In this document: piece by piece, positions 9,673 through 18,499 of the stretch
Position numbering within the stretch: position 1 is the stretch's first letter
How the letters are laid out: the number at the start of each line of letters is the position of its first letter
IMG/VR virus record: IMGVR_UViG_2846920067_000004
Location: 983-64,982 of that record
Reading direction: 5' to 3' (one strand)
DNA length: 64,000 nt
From: a virus
Lineage: Duplodnaviria > Caudoviricetes
Notes under the pieces: model-generated
What the model saw: the letters and a program-made list of their open reading frames with translations, nothing else
What the model was told of the DNA's origin: nothing
Databases searched by the model: none
Program-made: the position numbers and the translations under genes

Positions 9673-10574
9673 TGAGCCTCCTTTCAACGAATCGAATGAA
9701 CGTGTCCATGTCCAGCGCGGTCACGGCTTCCATGGGCTGCCCTTGTAAGGGCGTTTTTCGGGTACACGGCAGACAGCTGTTGCCAGGTGCGGCCGTAACT
9801 TTCCAAGAGAGCCGTAAGGTGTACTTGCTGCTCGCCCGTGCATGGTGTGATGTCGCGCTCCGGCTCGCGGGCATAGCCTTCTCCGCCCTCGGTGTCCATG
9901 TGGTAGATGGCCTGCTGCAGGCGCTCGCGATGTGGCCAGTATTTGGATGCTTGCTTGACGACCGTCTTCTTGATCATCTCCGGCTCATCCGTTACCCAGG
10001 GGCACTTCTTGGAGTTGTCCTGCTGGTACTTCTTCCAGGCCTCGGAACGATCGCGGATCGAGTAAATGTCCGCGATGGTCATGCAGTGAGTGAGGTAGTC
10101 GCCGCCATCCGTCTTTACGACCACATACGCGCCGATGATCTTGCCGCGCTGCTCCTCGGTGGCGAAGGGGCTGTATTTGTGGACCGGGGCGGTGTCGATT
10201 GCCGTCAGCTCGAACGTGTCGCTCTCGCGGACGATCAGCGCTTGCCCCCACTGGATGGCGCCAGTCTGCTGGGCCAAGTGCATCATGCCCATGTAGCTGA
10301 TGTCGAGGCATACCTTGTTCTTACGCGGCACCAGATAGGCTTGCTTCTTGGCCGGGTTCAAGCTGATGCCGATGGCCGCGACATTGGTGACGGCATCAAC
10401 CAAGGATTGACGATTGCCGTATGCGACTTTCGCCAGGTAATCACTGCTCTGGATGATCTGCATGGCGAAGCCGGATTCGGCTTCGAAGTTCAGCGACTTG
10501 TCGGCCAGGACCGCATCAAATTGCGGCGCGATGGCGGCAATGTCACCTTGCAAGACTTCAAGTTGGGTGGCCAT
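9644..10574 (-). CDS. recT: RecT-family single-strand annealing protein (frameshift near C-terminus)
   Basis: [39 protein letters not shown] motifs; adjacent to the exonuclease. Confidence 0.92.
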
Positions 10575-10765
10575 GGCCTTCTCATATAAGAACGCCCGCT
10601 TACGCGGGCCTGTGGATTGCGAACAGGATGTCTTCGACGACGTGGCGCTCGCGCTGCTTTTGGGCTGCGCGCCGGCATGCTGAGGCGTATCTTTCAGCGA
10701 CCCGCCTTGCTGGATCATCCGAGACCTCAGAGCGTTGTGCATGCGGTCCAGGGGAATGGTTCTGA

Positions 10766-11059
10766 TCATGCTGCCTTCCGCATCATGTCTTGCGCGTAGT
10801 TGTCGGCAGCGGCATCCAGCATCTGGATAGTTTTGCGCCGAGCAGGGCAATCCGGCATGGCGTACACAAGCGCCAGCACCTGGGCCGCCATGGCCATCGT
10901 AGCCTCGTTGCGATTGGCCACATCAGACCAGTCGATGCCGTCTGCGGTGTACTGCTCGCGCATCAGCTCGAACTGGTGATCAGCAGCGGCGGCGAGCGTT
11001 TCGCCGTGAATGTGGTGTGCAATAGCGCCCTGAACAGGGCAGAAAAGACGAGCATTCAT
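10766..11059 (-). CDS. Phage hypothetical protein
   Basis: MNARLFCPVQG... ORF with RBS in the early-left operon. Confidence 0.55.
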   Translation of the reverse strand: MNARLFCPVQGAIAHHIHGETLAAAADHQFELMREQYTADGIDWSDVANRNEATMAMAAQVLALVYAMPDCPARRKTIQMLDAAADNYAQDMMRKAA

Positions 11060-11150
11060 TTCAGTTGCTCCACGGCCTGAGCCAAAGTGACTGCGGCGAA
11101 GAAGAGAGAGGTGGCAACGAAGCCCCCAATGACATGCTTGATCCGCGCCT

Positions 11151-11399
11151 TCATAGCCGCGACATCCCGGTGGGGAGGCAATCCGGCAGCATGTTGTTTG
11201 CCCGGGCAAGCGCATCGCCTTTGCTGCGCGCCAGCACGATCAGGTTGTCTACCCGGCGGCGGGTGCGCGGAAACTGGAAATGGACGCGAAAGCCGGCCAG
11301 CGCGTGCACGGCATAGCAGCCGGAGTTGGCCGCCTGCAGCGCGCGGCAGTTGACGTTGATCAGCGCGGCGGCCGGCGCCGCGGATGCGTTGGCGATCAT
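11151..11399 (-). CDS. Phage hypothetical protein
   Basis: MIANASAAP... overlapping start/stop with neighbours. Confidence 0.5.
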   Translation of the reverse strand: MIANASAAPAAALINVNCRALQAANSGCYAVHALAGFRVHFQFPRTRRRVDNLIVLARSKGDALARANNMLPDCLPTGMSRL

Positions 11400-11876
11400 G
11401 CTGCTTCCTTTCGTTGAAGGGTGGCGCGCGGCTTGTAATCGGCGGCGTTGATTCGCTCTTGGCAGGCGGCGCGGATGATGGCGGCGTTCTTGTCGGATGC
11501 CTGCACAACCGTGATGATGAGGGCGGGCCATTCGTCTTGGCGCGCGGCACGAATTCGACGGTGAAGGTGTGCATGGCGAACTCCAAAAAGAAACCCGGCG
11601 CGAGGCCGGGCAAGTGAAGGAGAAACAAGGAGAAGCCTGCGAATCGCAGGGGTGGGGCGACTGGCATGATCCATCATCCAGCCGGGGAGGGCGTGGCCCT
11701 CGGCCCCACCGCTGAAATCAGCGGTCCTACCGGCATCAGACTACCGCGAAGGCTGCCGGCGCTGTTGCAGGGGCCTACGGTGATCTGTGGCCCACCCATC
11801 TGCGCATATCGGTTGGGGTGCGCAACCGGAAGTTGTCCCGCTTTCGCGGCCCCGGCGCAGTACAGGGGTCTACTCA

Positions 11877-11971
11877 CTGCATTGCTGAACGTCTTGCGGC
11901 TCCTGCCCGGGTGGCGCCCGGTAAGCGCGGCCAGCGCTACACTTGCTCGCACAAGGCGTTCAGCAATGCAG
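11877..11971. repeat. Long inverted repeat / RNA hairpin in the early-left transcript
   Basis: CTGCATTGCTGAACG (11877-11891) and CGTTCAGCAATGCAG (11957-11971) are perfect reverse complements; pairing extends inward. Confidence 0.8.
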
Positions 11972-11992
11972 CCGGCGTTCGCCGGCGGCGGC

Positions 11993-12172
11993 TTAGGCGG
12001 CCTTCAGCTGCTTCGGGCGGCAGGAAGTCACCTTGTCGCTGCCGTCTTCCTGCACCTTGATGAAGTCGCCCTTGGCGCCCTTGGTGATGTCGATGATCTT
12101 GCCCTTGCCTTTGCGGCCGTGGATGGTGGTGAAGCTGACCGACTGGCCCTTCGTGAAACCCTTTTCGCTCAT
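11993..12172 (-). CDS. Small basic protein, first clear gene of the PL operon
   Basis: MSEKGFTKGQSVSFTTIHGRKGKGKII..., AAGGA RBS, strong codon bias. Confidence 0.75.
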   Translation of the reverse strand: MSEKGFTKGQSVSFTTIHGRKGKGKIIDITKGAKGDFIKVQEDGSDKVTSCRPKQLKAA

Positions 12173-12676
12173 GTGATGTCCTTTCGTTTTAAAGCGTTGA
12201 CCAACACGGCTGGCGGCTTGAGCCTGGCTTCCTGTGAGACCAGCTGCGCAATCCCAATGCGCTCTCCCACCAAACGAAACCGCCATGCGTGTAGGTGCCC
12301 ATTTAGCGACCGGGCCAGTCGTATCAGCGATTCGGTGCAGGCCCGCCGCATGCCTGTTTGCTCTGCATTGCATTGGTGGGCGGCGGAGATGATAAATGCA
12401 TCACCGTCATGTAGAATCGCTTTCACCTAGTCATGGCCCGTAGATCGGACAACCATGACTTGGCACCGGACATCCAATCCGGGCTGCCCTCTGGAAAAGG
12501 GCTTAAGGTGCATTGCATTGAATAGCTGGATAGCTAGGCCGGATGGCCACCCAATGCAATAAGCCGACTGTGAAGGGTGTGCTAGCCACCAAATCACACG
12601 CGCCAGCAAGGGCGCGCTACAAATACTCACGGGATAACATCCTGTGGCGCCACGGGATTTCACTCGGAAAATTGAG

Positions 12677-12771
12677 ATGAAAAACCGCGTTAAGGTGGAC
12701 TTCAAGATCAAACTTGATGTCGCCAGCTGCCTTTGGCGATTGGCTTCATCCTGAAAATCCTGATGTCGTGA
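12677..12771 (+). CDS. Putative ~31-aa hydrophobic peptide (needs one extra T near 12732)
   Basis: MKNRVKVDFKIKLDVASCL(L)AIGFILKILMS, followed by a hairpin. Confidence 0.4.
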
Positions 12772-13050
12772 CCAGGGTGCAACCCGTCATCTCTGGCGGT
12801 TGCATACCAAACTTCCGCCGCCCCAACAATGCCGCCTCTCTCGAAGCGGCCTTCTACTTCACTCCCCCGTTACTCGCCACGGTGGGTTTGGCGCTTGCGT
12901 TGTCATTGGTCCGCTCCTTGCGAACCTCTTACGCGGCATGCAGGTGCTTCTGCATGACTTGGCCATCGCTTCCTCAGGTCTGAGACCTGACAGGGGTGCC
13001 GTGCTGCGCGCCTGGGCTGTGCCGTATCGCTGCTGGTTGTTAGAGATCGG

Positions 13051-13133
13051 TGCGAAAGTTTCGCTGTGTGTTGAACAAACTTTAACTCTCAGCGAAATGT
13101 TGCACAAGGTTTATTTCGCTTGATGTGAAATTT
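13051..13133 (-). promoter_or_regulatory. PL promoter with OL operators
   Basis: TTGTGC-17-TAAAGT on the minus strand; (T/A)GCGAAA..TT(C/T)GC palindromes; 13-bp AAACTTTAACTCT shared in inverted form with PR. Confidence 0.8.
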
Positions 13134-13277
13134 GTGGGTGAAAGTGCAACAGATGGCGAATCGTTTCGTGTGGGGATGGGGCGTAAAATGCCAATGTCAC
13201 AAGATGGGGTGGGTTTTGTCCGGCTATTCCGTGCAAAGATAATTGCGCTTGGAAGTACTACTACTGGAGCGAAGCGT

Positions 13278-13776
13278 ATGAGAGTTGTAGGGCTGGTTTT
13301 GTTGGTGATCTCGCTGTGCGTGCAGGGTATGGTTTGTCTTACCAGACGTTTGTATACGCTCCCAGCGGCGATGCCGTGAACAACTACGGCTTAATGCACA
13401 ACCAATCTTTGATACTAGGTGGCGCAGGGGTTGCGTTTCTGGCAGCTTGATCATGTTTGGCTTCGCCCAACTGGAAGAGGCAAAGACAGGCGCGCAAGTA
13501 CTAACACCATTTACTCTAGCCGTTAGTTGTATCAAGGCGAACGATACGGCGGGCTTCTTGGCCGCATTGCGGAGGCCAGATCTCCATCTGGATTCAACTG
13601 ATGATATTGGCATGACACTTTTACATCATGCAGCTGCGAGGCAGAACTATGAGGCCGTAAAGGCTTTGATTGAAAGGCACGCAAGGAAAGACCTGGCTGA
13701 TTACAAAGAAAAATTAGCTATCGAATACACTGATGAAACACTGGAAGGCTTAAAGATTCGAGAGTTGTTGAAATGA
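13278..13776 (+). CDS. Membrane-anchored ankyrin-repeat protein (two frameshifts)
   Basis: Two hydrophobic segments, then GMTLLHHAAARQNYEAVKALIERHA ankyrin consensus. Confidence 0.65.
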
Positions 13777-13801
13777 AAAAAACAGAAGCTGGAGTGAAGC
13801 A

Positions 13802-14353
13802 ATGCTGAAGTATGGAGTAGCAATCACAGTGTTTGCCATGGCGGCGCGGGCTGCATCTGCGGTCTCCGCGGTTCCTGCCTACGATGGTTCCCTTAAGTGC
13901 GAGTCGAGCACTGTAGATGATCTATGGATGGATCACCGTCTTGGTTGCCTCAAGGTAGGTCAACAATTTGTTTTTTCATCTGCGAGTGGGGCTGGACAGT
14001 CAGTACAAGGCAAGGCCTTTACCATTAACCAGAAACTGACCACTAGCGATTGGGTTGCCCTGAATGGAAAGGTAAGGTACTTCCAGCACTTCTTATGCAT
14101 CAGAAACATGCCTTCTGGCGTTGCGGGTTGGCAAATCGCAGGCGATATTGGCCAGGCGACCAAGAGCACCGGCTCCATTTTTAAAGTTCCGGGGATCGTT
14201 CACTCATCGACCGAACAGTCCGGCGGGAAAGAAGTCGGGCCTTGCGACCCCGCAAAGCATCCGGTGATAGTCGACTACAACACCGGAAAGATCGAGTCGG
14301 TGAACCCGGAAGCGTTGAAGGCCATCAACGTGTACGATCTGCCGGCGAACTGA
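13802..14353 (+). CDS. Secreted/periplasmic hypothetical protein
   Basis: Signal peptide ending in AxA-type site; four Cys. Confidence 0.7.
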   Translation: MLKYGVAITVFAMAARAASAVSAVPAYDGSLKCESSTVDDLWMDHRLGCLKVGQQFVFSSASGAGQSVQGKAFTINQKLTTSDWVALNGKVRYFQHFLCIRNMPSGVAGWQIAGDIGQATKSTGSIFKVPGIVHSSTEQSGGKEVGPCDPAKHPVIVDYNTGKIESVNPEALKAINVYDLPAN

Positions 14354-14408
14354 GGCAGGTGGCAGTAGGCCTGGCGATGATGCGGAAAAATCACAGGAGG
14401 GAAGGGTA

Positions 14409-14603
14409 ATGATGGGTTCTTTCTCTATTTGGCATTGGCTGATGTTCCTTGTGATGCTGGTCATCTTTCAGGTGCCTGCATGGTTGATCGTCCGGAAAGC
14501 TGGCTTCCCTGGCGTGTTGAGCATTGTCATGTGGGTGCCGGTACTGAACCTGCTGGCCTTGTGGGTGTTCGCGATGGTGCCCTGGCCTGCAACTCGAAAA
14601 TAG
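14409..14603 (+). CDS. Small membrane protein
   Basis: MGSFSIWHWL...KAGFPG...VPVLNLLALWVFAMVPWP, two hydrophobic segments. Confidence 0.75.
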   Translation: MMGSFSIWHWLMFLVMLVIFQVPAWLIVRKAGFPGVLSIVMWVPVLNLLALWVFAMVPWPATRK

Positions 14604-14640
14604 TGCCGATCTACGCAGCCGAAATTGAAAAGGGGATGGA

Positions 14641-14982
14641 ATGACACGCTATAGCAAGCGCGTAGGTGACGGCGTCACCGCCCACTACAACTCCGCCGAG
14701 GAGCTGCAGAGGGCCAATGATCGCGAGTTCGAATCAAAGGTGCGCGGCTTTGGGCTGCTGGTGGGCCTGGTCGGCGGTGGTTGGCTGACCTGGTCGGCGA
14801 TCATGTCGCATGGCGGCGCCGAGTGGCCAAAGTTCCTGCGGCTGCTGGCCACCCTGGTCGGTGCCGCGGTGAGCGGCGGCGCGCTCTACTTCCTGAGCAT
14901 GTACATCGTGCTCGCGATGTTTGTCGCAGTGGTTGGCTGGTTGATCTGGGGCGGGATGAAGTGGCTTTGGAGTGCGGTCTAG
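14641..14982 (+). CDS. Membrane protein (about three TM segments)
   Basis: Hydrophobic C-terminal two-thirds; GGGGA RBS. Confidence 0.7.
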   Translation: MTRYSKRVGDGVTAHYNSAEELQRANDREFESKVRGFGLLVGLVGGGWLTWSAIMSHGGAEWPKFLRLLATLVGAAVSGGALYFLSMYIVLAMFVAVVGWLIWGGMKWLWSAV

Positions 14983-15264
14983 GGGGCGTACATGAAGCAG
15001 CGCCTGCTCGCTTCACTCTCACAGAGAGCCGTCATCGACACAAAGACCAAGCCTGACACCTCGCTGGTGTAGTGCTGAACTGTCTCCGCTGCTACGCGGA
15101 GATGGAAGTGCCGGATTGAGGCAAATGAGGCGCGCGCAAGCTACAGATCAGGCGCAAGTGCAACAATCACAACATCACAAGGCCTTCTGACGCAGTACAT
15201 TGGATGAAACTTTACGACTCGGCTATTATCAAATTCTTACGCATCAACTTCTACCGAGGGCAAC

Positions 15265-15462
15265 ATGACAACCAGGTTTGCAGATGCATTTCAGGCCATG
15301 GTCAAAGCCCTGTCTGAAAGCAATCAGAATATTTCAAAAGCGGCTCAAGATGCCGCTCATGAAATGACTGTCCGCAGGGAAGAGTTTGATAAGCGCCGAG
15401 CTGAAATCGAAAAGGATATTAAGCGTGGCGCAAGACTCACAGACCATAAAATCTCTCTTTGA
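15265..15462 (+). CDS. Small helical protein overlapping the downstream gene
   Basis: 65 aa, GAGGG RBS, low GC. Confidence 0.6.
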   Translation: MTTRFADAFQAMVKALSESNQNISKAAQDAAHEMTVRREEFDKRRAEIEKDIKRGARLTDHKISL

Positions 15463-16237
15463 TTACCTTTACATAGATCGAGACAGGCTGTCTTCCTATA
15501 GTGCTCAGCTATTTGAGTACGGCTCACTAACCTCAATAAAGTCAACGGAGGGGGTGAATAAAAAATTCGGCTCTCATCTTGAAGGCGGCATTCCCAAAAT
15601 ACTGAATAGTCGCCTCTCTGAAGATGCATCAACAAATGAAAGCCTCGAAAGAAGCTTTGATGCCGCATGGTCGTTGCCTTTGAATGTAATCAACGCGCTT
15701 GACCAACACGGACTTGTAAATAGAGATATATCAAGCACCAACTATGGCCAGCTTGTATTGATTAAAGGCGCAATACAGTTATTAGACCTTTCCATGCTTC
15801 AAAACATGTGGGATGGCATCGCAAAGATGATGGTTAATGAGCTTCCCACTGCTACATCTGCACAAAAGAAAGCTAAGCAGGAAGCAGAGAAAGAAGCCAA
15901 GGATATGGCCTCAGTTATTTCTAAGCTTCCACACACGCTTCAATTTAAGGTGTTCAATGACGAAGCAATGGTCTGGTCTACCCTAAAGCCGGAACATATG
16001 ATTATAAATCCGTTTGATTTTGCAATGAAACACGGTGCAACAATAAGCGGGGAGTGGTTCGCACTTGGCATAGTGGACGCCAAGCCCTCTGATATTGAAG
16101 ATTTTGATAAAATAGCAACATCAAATGAATTAGAGAAGGGCCTTCTTTTTATGCTTAGTCAATTACGATCTGTAATGGGCCGTAGCCTTGGAGACTATGG
16201 AATTACTCCTGTCGCAGTCTTCAGAGAGATTAAGTAA
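15425..16237 (+). CDS. Conserved prophage cargo protein (DUF6414-like)
   Basis: GTG start; DYLYIDRDRLSSYSAQL N-terminus and YGITPVAVFREI C-terminus; low GC. Confidence 0.65.
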   Translation: MAQDSQTIKSLFDYLYIDRDRLSSYSAQLFEYGSLTSIKSTEGVNKKFGSHLEGGIPKILNSRLSEDASTNESLERSFDAAWSLPLNVINALDQHGLVNRDISSTNYGQLVLIKGAIQLLDLSMLQNMWDGIAKMMVNELPTATSAQKKAKQEAEKEAKDMASVISKLPHTLQFKVFNDEAMVWSTLKPEHMIINPFDFAMKHGATISGEWFALGIVDAKPSDIEDFDKIATSNELEKGLLFMLSQLRSVMGRSLGDYGITPVAVFREIK

Positions 16238-16358
16238 GCACTACTCCATCTCGGCGGTTTTTTCTTCGCCTTGACCCAGCCGGCCTCCACCGGCAGACTC
16301 ACCTCAAGCCCAGGCTGAGCCCACCCGTTCAGATAAAAACACCTGACGCCCACAGACC

Positions 16359-16382
16359 AGCCCGCACACGCGGGCTTTTTTG
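16359..16382 (+). terminator. Intrinsic terminator upstream of xre-luxR
   Basis: AGCCCGCACACGCGGGCTTTTTT. Confidence 0.75.
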
Positions 16383-16451
16383 CGTCCGAGTGTGACGTAA
16401 TACCATCTCTGCATGATGCCATGACATCTCTGCCGTAATCGACAATGCGGC

Positions 16452-16787
16452 ATGAATGTAAGAGGTGATCGAATCAGGGCCGAGCGCCGGCGCCGCGGCT
16501 GGCGGCAGGAAGATCTTGGCCGACGGGCCGGCTGTAGTCGGTCGATAGTCGCCGACCTGGAGAATGGCCGCAATCGCGAGTCCACGAAGTTGCCGAGCAT
16601 CGCGCGGGCGCTGGGGGTTTCGCTGACGTGGCTGGAGACGGGGAAGGGGCGCAAGACGCCGCTGGCGAGCACGGAGGCACCGTACGTCTCTGCAGATACG
16701 CTGGAGGATGTAGCTGAGCAGATGCTGAGCAAAGGGCCGGATGAGGTCTGGCGACTTGTTCAGCTGCTGCTGACCACCGCACGCTGA
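16452..16787 (+). CDS. XRE-family HTH regulator, probably co-transcribed with luxR
   Basis: GDRIRAERRRRGWRQEDLGRRAGCSRSIVADLENG...IARALGVSLTWLETG; possibly leaderless (GACAAT at 16441). Confidence 0.9.
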   Translation: MNVRGDRIRAERRRRGWRQEDLGRRAGCSRSIVADLENGRNRESTKLPSIARALGVSLTWLETGKGRKTPLASTEAPYVSADTLEDVAEQMLSKGPDEVWRLVQLLLTTAR

Positions 16788-16850
16788 GAAATCGGCGGCG
16801 CGGTTTTCTGCGTCGTGAAAATGTCCTACCTTGAATAGACAGGGGGACTC

Positions 16851-17603
16851 ATGGCGACAGCTATCGATCAGCTGCCGGAAGTGGCAGCAATTTCCAAAAA
16901 CAGAATCAATGCGGCGATCTGCGCCGCTGCAGCGCTGCGCAGTATGTTGGTGCGCGCCAGGACGCGCGATGACCTTGATGCGGCCCTGGCGTTGATCTGC
17001 ACGATCGCTGGCGGGGCACCGACGCTGCTGGCGACATTCTACGGCACCAAGGTGCCATCGCTGTACATCAACCACGGCTGGTCTGAGGATTGGTTGCAGC
17101 GATATGTAGAGCGCGGGTACGTGAAAGTTGACCCCGTGGTAAGAGGGCTCGCCGGCGCGCCGGTTGTTTGGTCCGAGCGGCTGTATGCGCCGGGCCTGAC
17201 GCCGGCCCAACGCAAGTTCGTCGTGGATTGCGAGCATCACAAGTTGACGCACGGCCTGACCTATATCGCGGACAAAGGCGCCGGCGTTCGATACGTGCTG
17301 TCGATGATTGGCCGCCAGGTGGAAGATGACCGGGCCCTGCGCGATTTGCTCGAAATGCTACTTCCCGACCTGGCCGAAGTGGCGCATAGGGTTTTTGCTT
17401 CAAACGCTCGGATTGCGAAAACAAGCAAGATTCAACAGTCTGTGATCGAACTGTATTGTAAGAAAGGCTTTAAACGGCTCGAGGTGGCAGCCGCCCTTGG
17501 CAAGAGCGTCTTTACCATTGATTACCATGTTGGGCGGCTTATGGAGACGTATGAAGCGGCTACCGTTGAGCAGCTCATGTACAAGATCGGGGCATGCGAA
17601 TAG
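16851..17603 (+). CDS. luxR: LuxR-family regulator with AHL autoinducer-binding domain (LuxR solo)
   Basis: W..RY...GY..VDPVV...PVVWS...HG pocket residues; C-terminal LuxR HTH (GFKRLEVAAALGKSVFTIDYH); no luxI in the window. Confidence 0.88.
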   Translation: MATAIDQLPEVAAISKNRINAAICAAAALRSMLVRARTRDDLDAALALICTIAGGAPTLLATFYGTKVPSLYINHGWSEDWLQRYVERGYVKVDPVVRGLAGAPVVWSERLYAPGLTPAQRKFVVDCEHHKLTHGLTYIADKGAGVRYVLSMIGRQVEDDRALRDLLEMLLPDLAEVAHRVFASNARIAKTSKIQQSVIELYCKKGFKRLEVAAALGKSVFTIDYHVGRLMETYEAATVEQLMYKIGACE

Positions 17604-17679
17604 CGCATGAACTTTAAATCACGTGTTGAAGAATACGTATTTTTACTGTGTACAGATTTTCTTACTATTTCTCGTAATG

Positions 17680-17697
17680 ACCTGACAGATGTCAGGT
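17680..17697. promoter_or_regulatory. lux/tra-box-like 18-bp palindrome
   Basis: ACCTGACA-GA-TGTCAGGT, between luxR and the small ORF. Confidence 0.65.
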
Positions 17698-17724
17698 GGG
17701 ACAATGTGGCCACAAAACAAGAAG

Positions 17725-17740
17725 ATGTCAGTAGTGACAT
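17725..17740. promoter_or_regulatory. Second palindrome (candidate XRE operator) over the small-ORF promoter
   Basis: ATGTCA-GTAG-TGACAT, followed by a TATGAT -10-like hexamer at 17753. Confidence 0.5.
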
Positions 17741-17782
17741 ATGACAGACGGCTATGATTGAGCACCTGAAACGGAGTTAGGA

Positions 17783-17980
17783 ATGCAGAGCAATTGCAAT
17801 ACCGCTCATGCGCCATGCGTGCATGCGGCAAACTGTCATCACCACAGAGCTGGTTTCGACGCGCGCGGGCCGGTTGTCGCTGAAGTGGCGCTCAGGCGTT
17901 ACAAGGACGGCACGCTGGAGTTCGTGCGGTTTGGGGATGTGAGTAGTTTAGATTTGACACAGGCCAGATTTGCGGCCTAA
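17783..17980 (+). CDS. Small ORF (65 aa), candidate antirepressor
   Basis: GGAG/AGGA RBS; Cys/His-rich N-terminus; converges on cI. Confidence 0.6.
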   Translation: MQSNCNTAHAPCVHAANCHHHRAGFDARGPVVAEVALRRYKDGTLEFVRFGDVSSLDLTQARFAA

Positions 17981-18015
17981 GGAGTAGTGTAGGGCGACAG
18001 TAGAGCAGGGCGACA

Positions 18016-18402
18016 TCAGTCGCCCTTTTTGTTTTCCTGCTCCATGAAGGCCTTGCGGAGCAGTTCGAACGCGTAGGCTTCGCCCTTTTCGCGCAGGAGT
18101 TTCACGAGCTCATCTTCAGACTGAGCGGTAATCACGACCTGCTCTGGCACCGGCGCCGGCGCTTGTTCAGTATCGTGGCTCCTGTCCATCCAGCCGTATT
18201 CCAGGCCTTCCGCCTCTTCAATCCGCCGCGCCATATCGTCCCCCATCCGGCGCGAATTGGGATTCTTCTTGTCTAGAGTCTTCAGCGTAGAGAGGTAGGA
18301 GGCTGAGGAACCCACCTTTTCAGCTATGCGCGCAGCAGATCCCCTCGGCTCCAAAAGCCGCGCAAGATTCGCACGCCGTATATCAAAAACATCGATTCCC
18401 AT
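18016..18402 (-). CDS. cI: CI-like prophage repressor without S24 peptidase domain
   Basis: IRRANLARL...SYLS...RRMGDDMARRIEEAEGLEYGWMD signature; divergent from PR; TATTAT 6 nt upstream suggests leaderless mRNA. Confidence 0.85.
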   Translation of the reverse strand: MGIDVFDIRRANLARLLEPRGSAARIAEKVGSSASYLSTLKTLDKKNPNSRRMGDDMARRIEEAEGLEYGWMDRSHDTEQAPAPVPEQVVITAQSEDELVKLLREKGEAYAFELLRKAFMEQENKKGD

Positions 18403-18413
18403 GCCCGAATAAT

Positions 18414-18499
18414 AAGAATTTTTCGCACCACGTGAAATAAACGCAGTGCGAAACAAGTACGCATGGCCTTGCGAAAAGTTTTGCACAGAGTTAAAGTTT
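18414..18499 (+). promoter_or_regulatory. PR promoter with OR operators
   Basis: TTGCGA-17-TAAAGT (18469-18497); repeated TGCGAAA..(C/T)GCA sites; AGAGTTAAAGTTT mirrored at PL. Confidence 0.8.

Noticed and set aside
10575-10850. N-terminal extension of RecT in the ORF track
   Set aside because: The RecT-like sequence begins at ATG 10574 with an AGAAGG RBS; the extension is low-complexity
14409-14603. TatA call from the MGSFSIWHWL start
   Set aside because: The remainder is a second hydrophobic helix, not the TatA amphipathic helix and charged tail
17646-17655. CTGTGTACAG as a LexA box
   Set aside because: Spacing is CTGT-N2-ACAG, not N8
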